DNA of 64,000 nt, from the NCBI GenBank assembly GCA_025558095.1, contig JAIVFI010000015.1:685588-749587 (forward strand). The letters are read 5' to 3'. The notes beneath the pieces were generated by a model. That model saw nothing but the letters and a program-made list of their open reading frames with translations. It made no database searches and was not told the DNA's origin. A program made the translations under genes and the position numbers. This document shows positions 51,111-61,474 of the stretch, one piece after another. The DNA comes from Hyaloraphidium curvatum SAG 235-1. Its lineage: Eukaryota; Fungi; Monoblepharomycota. The first letter of the stretch is position 1, and every line of letters starts with the position of its first letter.

Positions 51111-51419
51111 GGGGGTGCGGAGGCGGCGGCCGGAAGGGGTGGGGGTAGCACCCGGGGACGGTCCCGGGCCCGTTCCAGAAGCGACGACATCGATATTGGC
51201 ACGTTGGTTTCCCGCCATGGCGGATCTTGTTCCTGCCTGGCTGTTCGTCGCCAGGTCCCCTCCGGTCCCCGCGTGCCGACGCCGGGTTCCGGCGGGGACG
51301 GACGGCTCCGGTGGCGGTCCCGGGATTTTCCCTTCCTCCGCCGCGGACGGCGCCGCAAGGGTTTCCGTTCCGGGAATCTGTTCCAAAGGGGGGCTATGTG
51401 AAAGGGACATGCGCCCCTT

Positions 51420-52010
51420 TCACGCTCCGGGCCGCTTGCCATCACGCAACGCCTGAAAAAGGATGTCATTGCCCATGGCCCGCGCTATTTGAATCCGTGC
51501 ACGAAGGCGAGCCGTGTGCGGTGCCATCAAACCCCCAACGTCCCATTCCTTACCGTCTGATCCTTCCAGCGGGGGATGCGCGTGTCGGGCGATCCGTGGG
51601 ATGAAGGCTGCTGCCGCGGGTCCGAGCCGACCGTGGGTCTCTTGGCCGAGAGGAAGATACTCCACCGGAGCCGGGTCCGGCATCGCAAAGCGACCGTTGA
51701 AATATTCCACCTTCCTAGCCTCGGCGTTCGCAACCGTCACCCCAAGCTCGCGCGCCGCATCCAGAGACTGCGAAATAGACGGGAGGCACACCCTGTGGTC
51801 AATTATGATCGGTCGCCGGTCCGGCTCGGTGATTACGATGTCCGACTTGTCCTGCGAGATGTCGCGGTACCCGTCCGAGTTGGGAGAGGTTGATGAGGGA
51901 CGAGTCCATAGCGAACATATTCAACGGCCGAGCCGGTAGTGACGTAGGCGGGAGAGACCAGCACGAAGTTCGGCAGCCAATGCCCATTCGATGATGAAGT
52001 CCATCGGGCG
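51420..52010 (-). mobile_element. Degenerate 3' relic (REL endonuclease region) of a CRE-like non-LTR retrotransposon
   Basis: KSDIVI...IIIDHRV, AEARKVEYF, PLGQETHGRLG and a tail resembling the element at 55948-58446; frameshifts upstream. Confidence 0.65.
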
Positions 52011-52794
52011 GGAGCGCAGCCAAACGGCAGCCATGCGAGTGCCGGCCATGGCATCGACGAGAGAAGCATGCACCTTCCACGCGCCGGAAATGCCGTGCGA
52101 GTTCGTGAGAATGGAAAGGCCATCCGAAGGAAGCTTCTCGCGCGATCGGAGGAGAGGATTGTCACATGTGTTTCGGAGGCGTCGGTGCCATTGCGCTCGC
52201 GGGAGAGGCCTTGCAACGGCAGCCGGTTCGTCGTCCTCGCCGGCGAGCAGCCGGCAACCCCACCCGTCGATTGGCACCGAGACACAGGAGGCCCCAGGGC
52301 AATCGCAATTGCTTTTCGGCCGTCCGTGCTCGGAACGGAAAGGGGCGACGATGATGGCCGCTGCGGCTTTTGGCTGGACCGAAAGTAATCGCACCGCCGC
52401 GGCATATTGCGGACTTCCGGGCGACAGGATCGCACTGCCACACCGCCGATTGGAAGGATCAATTTCGCTTTCGATCCCAGGTGTTTCACACGCCAGCACG
52501 AGCATGGTCTGCGGAGACGCGAACGGAGATCGGTTGGGCGGTCCGCGCCAGCCGCCATTACCGACATCCGCCCGGCAGCGAACAAACATCTTCTGCGGCC
52601 CATCTGCCGTCCGCGGGCCCGCCACCGCTCCCCACCTGATTACGTAGGCGAAGAACAGCGGCCCTTGGGGCCGGAGAGTTACCGGGGCGCCTGGGCGGGT
52701 TTCGGCACGGCCGGTCCCTTCAGGCCGAATAACCAAATGACCCGACGATTTCCGATCGAGCTCGCCGGCCAAAGACGCACCCGCCGGACTCCCG

Positions 52795-53768
52795 ATGCGC
52801 GCTCTCTTCGCCGCCGTTTCCCTGTTCCTCGCCGTCGCCGCGGCCGCCTCGCTCTCGGCCGCCGCGCCGGCCGCGCCGGCACCGGCGGCCGGCCATGGCG
52901 CCCAGGACGGCCACTCGATCCGCTACCGCCGAAGCTGCGCCGAGTGCGCCGAGGCCGAGTTTTGCGAGTACGGCACCGTGCCCGACGGGCAGGTCGCCTG
53001 CGTGTCGTACACCGGGCTGGCGGCGCTCTACCGCCGCTACGCCGTGAGTGCCCCGCCACGGCAACCGCCACCGGCGCCCTGCTGACCGGCGATCTCGCCG
53101 CACAGACGCCCGCCGACAACACCGACCCGTGCGACGCCTCGCCGTGCCTGAACGGCGGGACCTGCACCAAGGTCTCCGCCGCGGCCTACATCTGCGACTG
53201 CCCAGCGCCGTGGGAAGGAGACAGTGGGGTTCCCATTGGGCCGTCCATGTCTGGCGCTAGCTCTAATGGTCCGGAGCAGACTGCGAAGTCAGGATCGACT
53301 ACTGCGCGCAGAATATCTGCGGCGTCCACGCCGCCTGGTCAGTCAACAACTGCACATCCTCGAACGTGTCCCCGTTCTTCTCCTGGTGACCGGTATCGTG
53401 AGGTCCCTCGACGCGGACACGGCGCCTGACAGAGGAACCTGCCGGTTTACAGCAACTGTGCGCCCGCCTACGATGGCGCCAGGTGCGACAACCAGTACTT
53501 CTCGTGCCCGAGCACGGGAAACTTCGGCGACATCAAGAGGTGCAGCAACTACTTCAGCTGCTCAGTAGACAGGAGCTCGGGCGCCCTCACATTCATCCAC
53601 AAACTCTGCCAGAGGATCGGGCCCACCGTGCAGGTGGGCTGCCTTCCGCCCTCCCGCCCTCGGCGGCGCTGACCGCTGCCCCAATGCCGCCAGTTCCTCT
53701 GGGATACTACTGCTCCGGCCATGTGCAGGAGGCCTACGGATGCGGTACCGATACCGGGGTGCGCCTAG
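52795..53768 (+). CDS. Secreted Cys-rich protein: two EGF domains plus CBM14-like chitin-binding domain (5 exons)
   Basis: Signal peptide; EGF1 CDASPCLNGGTC..YICDCPAPWEGDNC; EGF2 CAQNIC...NC...SCNCAPAYDGARC; six-Cys CPSTGNFGDIKRCSNYFSC...C...FLWD...C...C. Confidence 0.78.
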
Positions 53769-53986
53769 GGGACGGGTCTGATCGCATTCTGTCTCGTCCA
53801 GTTGTGTCGTTGTCGAACATTCACATAGACATGAGCCTCTAATTTTCGCCGACCAACTTGGAACCTCTGACTGTCGCCGCCCGTCTCCCTCCCTGATTCG
53901 CGAATGCGCGGCGGCGCCGCGGTCTTTCTAATTTGCGAGACGAGATGCTGCGTTGCTCCTGTTCCTGCCCCGCCCCCACCCACAGC

Positions 53987-55691
53987 TCAGATCTTGGCCG
54001 GCAGCCCCTCGGCCTTGGCCACCCAGTCCCAGATCCCCGCCTCCTTGAGCACCTCCTCCATCGTCCTCCGCAGCACCTTCCTGCCGAACAGGATCTGGTC
54101 CATCTCCCCCGTCGCCCACGACTTGACCAGCTGGCTCGAGATGGCGTACCCCGGGCCCGTGAGGAAGGGCGCCTTCTCAAGCACGTTGGGCGGGACGGGG
54201 GAGCCCCAGTCCTGCGTCGAGCTCAGGAAGAGCGACAGCAGCACCTCGGACCGGGTGAACCACCGCCCGTCCTGGAGCTCCGCTTCTTCGGGCTCGAACC
54301 TCTCCGATCCCTCCTTGGCCAGCCCCACGCAGCCGATCATGAGCGAGCCGGGGAAGCACCACGGCTGCGCCGAGTGGAACACGACCTTGTCCAGCTCGAG
54401 CCCGGTCTCCTCCTTGATCTCGCGCCGCACGGCGTCGAAGATGCCCTCCCCGGGCTCCATGAAGCCGGCCATGGAGGAGTAGTACTTTTCGGGCCAGCCC
54501 TTGTTGCGGCCCAGGAAGAGCCGGTCGCCGTCCGGGTGGGCGACGCAGGCGATGGCGACGGGGTCGAAGCGCGGGAAGGAGTAGTTCTGGATGCCCGCGT
54601 GGGCGGGGCATTTCGGGCCCGAGGGGACCGGGGCACAGGAACGCTTCCAGCCGGCGTCGACCGAGAGGTTGGGGCGGCCGCAGCCGGCGCAGAACTTGGT
54701 GCGCGAGTGCCAGTCCATCAGGTGGGCGGCGGTGCCGAGGATCGAGGCCTGCGCAGAGGGGAGGTGGAAGGCAAAGGGGCGGAGGGGGACGATGGAGGCG
54801 CCCTTGGAGGTGAGCGAGGCGAGGAGGGACTGCGCGGGGGTGGAAGGGGTGTCCTTGCCGGCGGGGGGGCCGAGGTCGATGGCGAGGTAGCCGCGGCCGG
54901 CGAGGCGGTAGTCCGTCGAAGCGGGGTCGTGGTCGTCGACAACGTCCGACGGGTCGCTACTCGTCGGTGAAGGATGAGCACATACAAAGCACGGGCGAGA
55001 GAAAGACCCACCATCCGAGAAAGATCCACTGCTTGCCGCTGTTGGCGAGGTGCGGGTCGCCAATGTCCATGAACTGCCCGACGTCGGCGTACGAGAGGAA
55101 TTTGAGTTCGTCTTTGGCATCTCCCTCGGCCAGGAACTGGTACGGGGTCGAGAACACGACGTAGCGCGTCGAGGGCCGCGCCAGAACCGAGGATATGGTC
55201 GTGTGTGGGTACGGGCGGAGCTCCGACATTCTGACAGGGGCTGTCCGTGAGCGGCGGTATCCAAACCCGACGAAAAGGTCAAGTCACCTCTTGAGGGGGT
55301 TCCCGCCAAACACGTTGACCTTCTCGGCCGAGCCGAACACGGCCGAGTCCTCGGTCGAGAAGCCGTTCGGCGTCTTGTCCCGCAGCAGCTCCCACGACTG
55401 CAGCGCCGACCAGAAGTACGCCAGGTCGGCGGGCGTGCGGCCGTCGGGGTCGCGGACCCAGGGGTCGGCGCCGGCGGCGAGCAGCTGCTGGATCACGCCG
55501 ACGTGGTTGTTCCTTGCCGCGTAGTGCAGCGGCGTCCAGGCTCGGGACGCGTCCCGCGAATTGAGCTGGGCGGGATCGGCGCGCTCGACGGCGGCGCGGT
55601 CGCCGGTGCGGGCCGCGGCGTGCAGCGGGGTCATGGAGAAGGCGCGGGAGACAGTCCAGGAGGAGGCCGGCCGCAGCAGCCGGGCGAGCAT
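53987..55691 (-). CDS. NUDT12: Ankyrin-repeat NADH pyrophosphatase (NUDT12/Npy1 family)
   Basis: ANK repeats TPLHAAA and TPLHYAA; FCAGCG zinc ribbon; FPRFDP; Nudix box GFMEPGE....AVRREIKEETG; QPWCFPGSLMIG; C-terminal AKI. Confidence 0.9.
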
Positions 55692-55879
55692 CCAACGGCC
55701 GTCGGGCCGCCTACACAATGCAAAAACGTGGGTGGACACGTCGATCGCACTCTAAACAGCGCGGAGACGGTCCCGTGCGGCGAACTCCGTGTGATCGGCT
55801 CGACGTTGAGCCGCGTGCCACCCAACCGCAGATGAGCGGCAGTCGGAGCCGCAAATCACTCGCTCCGCAAAAGCAGGGA

Positions 55880-58513
55880 AGGAACGTCGCAGAGGGCAAG
55901 CGGCCCGGTCCCGGCGGCCTTTATCGCGGTGGACGTCGTCGCGCTGTTTGTGGCCGGGTCTGAGAGGTTCCGCTCGAATACACTCCATGCTCCGGCCGCT
56001 CCTCACGGATCAAATCCTCGTCCCTCTGCTCAAGCCGGAGGGGGGGCTCCGGCCGATTGGCATTATGGAGGGCATCACGCGGCTCGCGGGCTCGTACCTG
56101 GCCGTGCGGCACAAGGCTCTTCTGAGGAAGCTCCAACAGCAGGAGGACCTGGGTCACGGGGTGGACGGGGGCGCGGAGGCGACCGCCCACGCGGTGAACG
56201 CGTGGCTGGCGGCCTTCCCCGACCACGTCGTCATGAAGGTCGACTCTAGGAACGCCTTCAATACGCTGCGCCGCCTCTTCGCGCGCGAGGTGGTCCGCCA
56301 GGTGCCTCAGCTTATCCCGTACTACAACCTCGTTTACTCGCGCCCTTCCCACGCCTACTTCCGCGACCGGCGCTCGGCGGAGCTCCTTTTCCGGATCACC
56401 ATGTACGAGGGCAACATCCAGGGCGACCCGCTGTCGTCTGCCATCTTCTCCTGCGCCATGAGCCGCATGCTGCGGCCCATCCGCTCTGGGCACCCCGACT
56501 GCCTCATCCTTGGGTACCTCGACGACCTCACCGTGGTCGGGCCGCTGGACTCGGTCATGGCCGTCCTGGGAGAGGTGCGTGACGGCCTTTCTTCCCTCGG
56601 CATGACCCACCGCCCGGACAAGAGCTACCTGCTTTCGCTCTCGACGAACCCGGCCGTGCTGGAGCGGGTGCGCGCGGCCGGTGCGGCCCACAACATCCGC
56701 GTCGCTGGCTTCCCGCCTCACGAGGCCGACCCCGAGGTGCATGCCACGGCGTCGGCCCCGGGCTCGCCTGACTTCGCTCGCTCGTGCGGCCTCAAGGTGG
56801 TAGGTGCCCCGGTCGGCACCCCTGCCTATGTGGAGTCGTTCCTCGCGGCCAAGATCGACTCCATTGCCGCTCTTCTCGATGAAATCGAGCGCGCCGCGCT
56901 CGGCTACGCCATGCCGGCCGACATCCCCTCCCTCCAGGGCCTGTACTCCCTCCTCCGTCTCTGTGTGACCCAGCTCTTCTCGTTTTGGCTCCGCATTCTC
57001 CCCCCCTCGGTTACCCAACCCTTTGCTCGACGTCTTGACAACGCGCTTTTCACCACCTTCTTGCGCTTGCTGGGAGATCGGGCCGAGGATCTGGATCCGC
57101 TGTCGGTGGAGGGTCGGACTGTGCGGGAGCAGGTATTCTTGGGTCTGCACTACTCGGGGATGGGGCTTCTGTCATCGGAGAAGGTGGCCTCGGCGGCTTA
57201 CCTGTCTTCACTCAACCTCACGGCGGGCCCCTTGGACGCCATGCTTGGTCTTCGAACCTCGGCCCGGGGTGTGGGCGTGGAGCACGTGCGGGAACTGGTT
57301 CCCGTCATCGAGGCCCTCCGCCCCGCCTTTGAGCGTGTCGAGGATGACACGGCCGCAGCGTACGCCGAGGCTGCGCGTGCTGGGCAACCGGTGGGCGCCG
57401 CGCCCGCCCGCCGTACGCTCCCTGCGGACGCCAGTTTCTTCGCTCAGCCGGTCTGCTGGCACGGCCTGCAGAGCGACCTTACGCGTCTCGAGGACCAGCG
57501 CCGCCTCGCGGCTCTGATTGCCTTGCAACCCGACACTTCCGCTGGTCTGGAGCGCCGCAAGCGGCTCGTCCAGGCGCAGGACGGCCTGTCGGCTTTCCTG
57601 ACTGCCTCTCCCGCGCTGCTTGCCAACCACATTCGCAACAACTTTTTCCGCTTACTTGTACGCTTCCGGCTTTGCCTCCCGCTCCTGCACGAGGCCGACT
57701 ACCCTGGTCTTTCCTTGCCCTGCCGGCGGGGCTGCAAGCGATCGGCCATGTCGCTGACGGGGGAGCACGCGTTCTCGGGCTGCTATGGCCAGGATCTCTT
57801 CAGTCCTGGTCACGACGACATTTGCGCGGCCATCCGCGCGGCGCTTCGCTCCATCCCGCTCCTCCGCGTGCACCCCATGCCGCCAAACCTCCTTGCGCAT
57901 GGCTACGAGACTGTCACCCCGCCCACGCCTGCGGATGCTGGCCGCCTTGGCGACGTTCTCATCACGCACCGCGAAACCCGGAAACGGTGGTTGCTCGAGA
58001 TCAAGACCCTCACCTCTATGGCCCATTTGCACACGGGCCTGGTCTTCTCGGTCCCGGGCCACGCAGTCGAACGGCGGGTCGAGGCCGCCAGGAAGGACTA
58101 CTCCCGTTTCGTCTTCAACGCCAACTTCTACCCTCTGATCGTGCTTGCTTTTGATTCGTACAGCGCTGTCTCTGCCACTTTCTCGCGCTTCTCCTCGGAG
58201 ATGGGGCGCATCCAGTATCCCGGGATCGTCGGCCGCGATGGGCAGCCCGTGGACCTCGATGGCCTTTACTCTCGTTTTGTGCGGCGCTTCCGCGAACGGA
58301 TCGCGGTGGCCTGGGCTCTTGGCGTCGCGGCCCAACTCCAACACTGGCTTCAGCTGTGCACCGAAGCCGCCGCTGTCAACGCTCCGGCCCCCGCGCCGGT
58401 CGCTTTTGGTTTGAATGTAGATGAGGAGCTGATTCTTGGGGCGTAGGGGGATTTCTAAGTGTACGGTGGGATTGCTAGCTCCTCATTACACACTCGAATA
58501 CACACTCTCGAAT
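55880..58513 (+). mobile_element. CRE-clade (Cnl1/MoTeR-like) non-LTR retrotransposon, 5'-degenerate; ORF 55948-58446
   Basis: RT motifs RPIGI, KVDSRNAFN, QGDPLS, YLDD; CCHC knuckle CRRGC..H..GC; REL motifs HD, GDVLI, LEIK; short tandem 3' tail. The 5' boundary is uncertain. Confidence 0.85.
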
Positions 58514-58646
58514 GCAGCATCGCCGCCCGGGGCCCGCAAGAAGTACCGGGAATCTTCGGCGCACGCATACTGGAGGAGCACTGCCTAGCCGATCCCGCCT
58601 GCCCGCGCGGGGAGCGCCACATGACATCACACGTACGTGGCACCAA

Positions 58647-59879
58647 TCATTCGACGATCACGCCAATCTGACTCGTGACTGACTCCGCGTCCCGACCCAC
58701 CTCCCGCCGGTAAATCTCCGGATCCGTCGCTCCCTCGGTTCCAATCAGCAGCACCCTCGACCCCCCGCCGAGCCCCAGCTTGGTCCGCATGTCCTCCCTC
58801 GCCGCGACCGCCGCCAGCGCGCCGACCGCCCCGCCGCTGCACTCCCCGCCCACGACGGGCAGGTCCCCCCGCAACGGGTCCGCGAGCTTGCGCATGCCGA
58901 GCAGGGCCAGCTCGTCGGGGATCGCGAGGGCGGCGTCGGTGCCGGTGGCGAGCACATCCCACGCGAGATCGGACACCTCGCCGCAGGAGAGGCCGGCCAT
59001 CACGGTCTCCAGATCCCCGGTCAGATCGATGCGGCGGCCGGCGGCGATGCTCTCCTGCACGCAGTTGGCCCTCAGCGGTTCCAGCGTGGCGAAGAAGGGA
59101 CGCTGGTGGGCCCAGCGCCGCCAGAACACCGCGCAGACGGCGCTCGCCAGCCCGCCGACGCCGGCCTGCACCAGCACGTGCGTGGGCGGCGGGCCGGTCC
59201 AGGCATCGCAGATCTCGTGGGCGAGCACGCCGTACCCGCAGGTGATGTCCGCGGGCACCTCGCGGTACTCGCCTGCCGCGGTGTCCTGCACGACGAGCCA
59301 GCCGTGGGAAGAGGCCTCGCGGAAGCAGTGCCGCACGCTGTCGTCGTAGCCGCCGGAGACGCGGATGACCTGCGCGCCGTAGGAGGCGATGGCGGCGCGG
59401 CGGCCCTCGCTGACGGTCTCGTGGATGAAGATGACGGCGCGGCAGCCAAAGAGGCGCGCTCCCCAGGCGACTGCTCTACCGTGGTTTCCGTCCGTCGCCG
59501 ATGTAACGGTCACGCTCTTGATCGCCTCCGCGTAGCGACCGGCAGCGAGCTCCGCCGAAGACGCGTCTTCCGCTACGCCAAGTTCGCGCACTCTGCGCGT
59601 CAGAGCCCGCGCAACCGCGTACGCGCCACCGAGGGCCTTGAAGCTGCCGAGCCCGAATCGCCCGGCCTCGTCCTTGTAGCGAATCGAAGAGAACCCGAGC
59701 TCCGCGGCAAGGCCGGGGAGGGAGACGAGCGGCGTCGGCGCGTAGCCGGGCCAGGAGGCGATTTCGGCACGGGCCGCGTCGAACCCTGCGGAATCCAGGA
59801 GCGGGATGAGCTCTGCCGGATAGGAAGCATGGCGCGGCGCGGCGCCGGCGTTGAGGACGAGCGTGACGCGTTCGGCCAT
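58647..59879 (-). CDS. dpaL: Diaminopropionate ammonia-lyase (PLP-dependent)
   Basis: YAPTPL, KDEAGRFGLGSFKALGGAYA, ATDGNHGRAVAW, VQDT, QAGVG and TVMAGLSCGE; intronless. Confidence 0.9.
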   Translation of the reverse strand: MAERVTLVLNAGAAPRHASYPAELIPLLDSAGFDAARAEIASWPGYAPTPLVSLPGLAAELGFSSIRYKDEAGRFGLGSFKALGGAYAVARALTRRVRELGVAEDASSAELAAGRYAEAIKSVTVTSATDGNHGRAVAWGARLFGCRAVIFIHETVSEGRRAAIASYGAQVIRVSGGYDDSVRHCFREASSHGWLVVQDTAAGEYREVPADITCGYGVLAHEICDAWTGPPPTHVLVQAGVGGLASAVCAVFWRRWAHQRPFFATLEPLRANCVQESIAAGRRIDLTGDLETVMAGLSCGEVSDLAWDVLATGTDAALAIPDELALLGMRKLADPLRGDLPVVGGECSGGAVGALAAVAAREDMRTKLGLGGGSRVLLIGTEGATDPEIYRREVGRDAESVTSQIGVIVE

Positions 59880-60132
59880 GTCGCGAGTCAACGTCCGATC
59901 GATGCCGATCAGGGTTACGCCCGGCGTCGATCCGGACGCGTTCAAAGGCCCGCGAGAGCGGAGATCTCCGTGTCATGCTCCGTCTTGTTGTGCCGGGTTC
60001 GGCTGGCAATGCAGTACAACTGCTGTGCTTGTGGCCGGACGGCCTGATGACTTATTGCACCCTCGCGGTTCCAACGAAGTTTCCACGACGCTGCCTCCCG
60101 CCGTCGTCTGCCAGTCCATCGCCCGGCCCACG

Positions 60133-61164
60133 ATGCCCGCCTTTCCCTCCAAGCTCGACGAAACGCTCTCCTGCCTGCGGGCCGTGGCCCCGGGCGACGG
60201 CGGCCCGCCGGTCCTCTTTCGCGGCACGCTGCCCGCGGAGTGGGTCGTCCCCGCGTCGGGCCGCATCTACGGCGCGTTCCTCATCGGCGTCACGCTCGAG
60301 TGCATTTTGGAGCACGCGGCGGCCGGGCCGGGGAACCTCCGCGACCCCGTCTCCCTGCACGCGCAGTTCATCGGAGCGGGCTCGCCCGAGCCCGTGGAGG
60401 TCGAGGTTTTCGAGACGCGCCGCACGCGCAGCTTCGCGTTCCTGCGCGCCGAAATGCGGCCTGATGGGGGCGGCGCCCCGGTATTCGCGTGCACCGTGGT
60501 GGTCGGCTCGCTTGCGCCCTCCACCGACGCGCAGCTACGCTCCAAGCACGTCGCCCCGCCGCCGTTCCCGCACGTGGCAGAGTGCACGGCAGATTACGGA
60601 GCCCTCCTCTGGCGCAACACACTCGCCGACCGGACCGGCCGCTCGACCGTGCAGGCGCCGTTCTATTCCATCTGCCCCGCGCTCTTGCCCCCCGCCGCGT
60701 TCGGCGCCGCCGAGGCGAGCTTCGCGGCCGCCCTCGCGGACATCCGGGATGGCCGCCCGGCGCACATGCTGGACTCGTCGTCCGACGTCTGTTACATCGC
60801 GGCGTCTCCCACCGGCGACCGGCCGCACGACTCCGTCTCGGTCGCCATGTTCTGCGACTCGGTCACCCACTCTTTCCTGATGCAGGAACGGCTGAACCAC
60901 GCGGCGACCGGGACGACCCTCCTTCCCACCTCGCTTGCCATATCGATCCTGTTCTACGCGCGGCCGGAGGGGTGCTTCCACGTGCTCCGGTCCAACAAGA
61001 CGAGCATCGTTGCGGGGAACGGCAAGGGCGGCTACCTCGTGGACTGTGCGGCGGAGATGTGGGACACGGACCGCGGGGTGCTTTTGGCTGTCTCCCGGCA
61101 GTCGACCCACGTCGTGGAAGCGAAGCCGGCAAAGCCCGCGAAGGCAGGATCTGCGAGCCTGTAG
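60133..61164 (+). CDS. Double hotdog-fold thioesterase-like protein
   Basis: W.......IYGAFLIG, PVSLHAQFI, RRTRSFAFL, AMFCD and EMWD...GVLLAVSRQ; intronless. Confidence 0.78.
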   Translation: MPAFPSKLDETLSCLRAVAPGDGGPPVLFRGTLPAEWVVPASGRIYGAFLIGVTLECILEHAAAGPGNLRDPVSLHAQFIGAGSPEPVEVEVFETRRTRSFAFLRAEMRPDGGGAPVFACTVVVGSLAPSTDAQLRSKHVAPPPFPHVAECTADYGALLWRNTLADRTGRSTVQAPFYSICPALLPPAAFGAAEASFAAALADIRDGRPAHMLDSSSDVCYIAASPTGDRPHDSVSVAMFCDSVTHSFLMQERLNHAATGTTLLPTSLAISILFYARPEGCFHVLRSNKTSIVAGNGKGGYLVDCAAEMWDTDRGVLLAVSRQSTHVVEAKPAKPAKAGSASL

Positions 61165-61474
61165 ACCGCACGGGATCGGAATACCTGAATCCAGGTTTGG
61201 GATCTTGGACCTGTAGACGCCACGTGTTCGCGACCGCCGAGCCTGTTGTCCGGCATCCTTGTTCCCCTCCTGGCCCGCCGAAAACGCTCCCGCGAACCTC
61301 CCAACCCTCTTGTCGGCCACCACCGCCCTTCGCGACTCCCCATATGTTGCCTCCATCCTGAACATCCTGCGTCCGATCGGTTATGAATGTCAGACCTGAA
61401 GAGCCAGACACGACCAGATCGTTCACAAGACAACCACATCGCCTTCACCTCCCTCAATCGTCCGATGCCTCGAT

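Noticed and set aside
53386-53452. Alternative acceptor at 53432 in the EGF gene would create an in-frame TGA (possible second Sec)
   Set aside because: That AG abuts the CTGAC branch point. The acceptor at 53452 gives TGC and a correct EGF Cys pattern, and no SECIS was seen.
55830-58560. Target-site duplication around the retroelement
   Set aside because: No convincing direct repeat was found and the 5' end is undefined.
58647-59879. Link between dpaL/ygeX and selenium metabolism
   Set aside because: The association comes only from bacterial gene neighbourhoods; none of those partner genes is here and TGR is 45 kb away.
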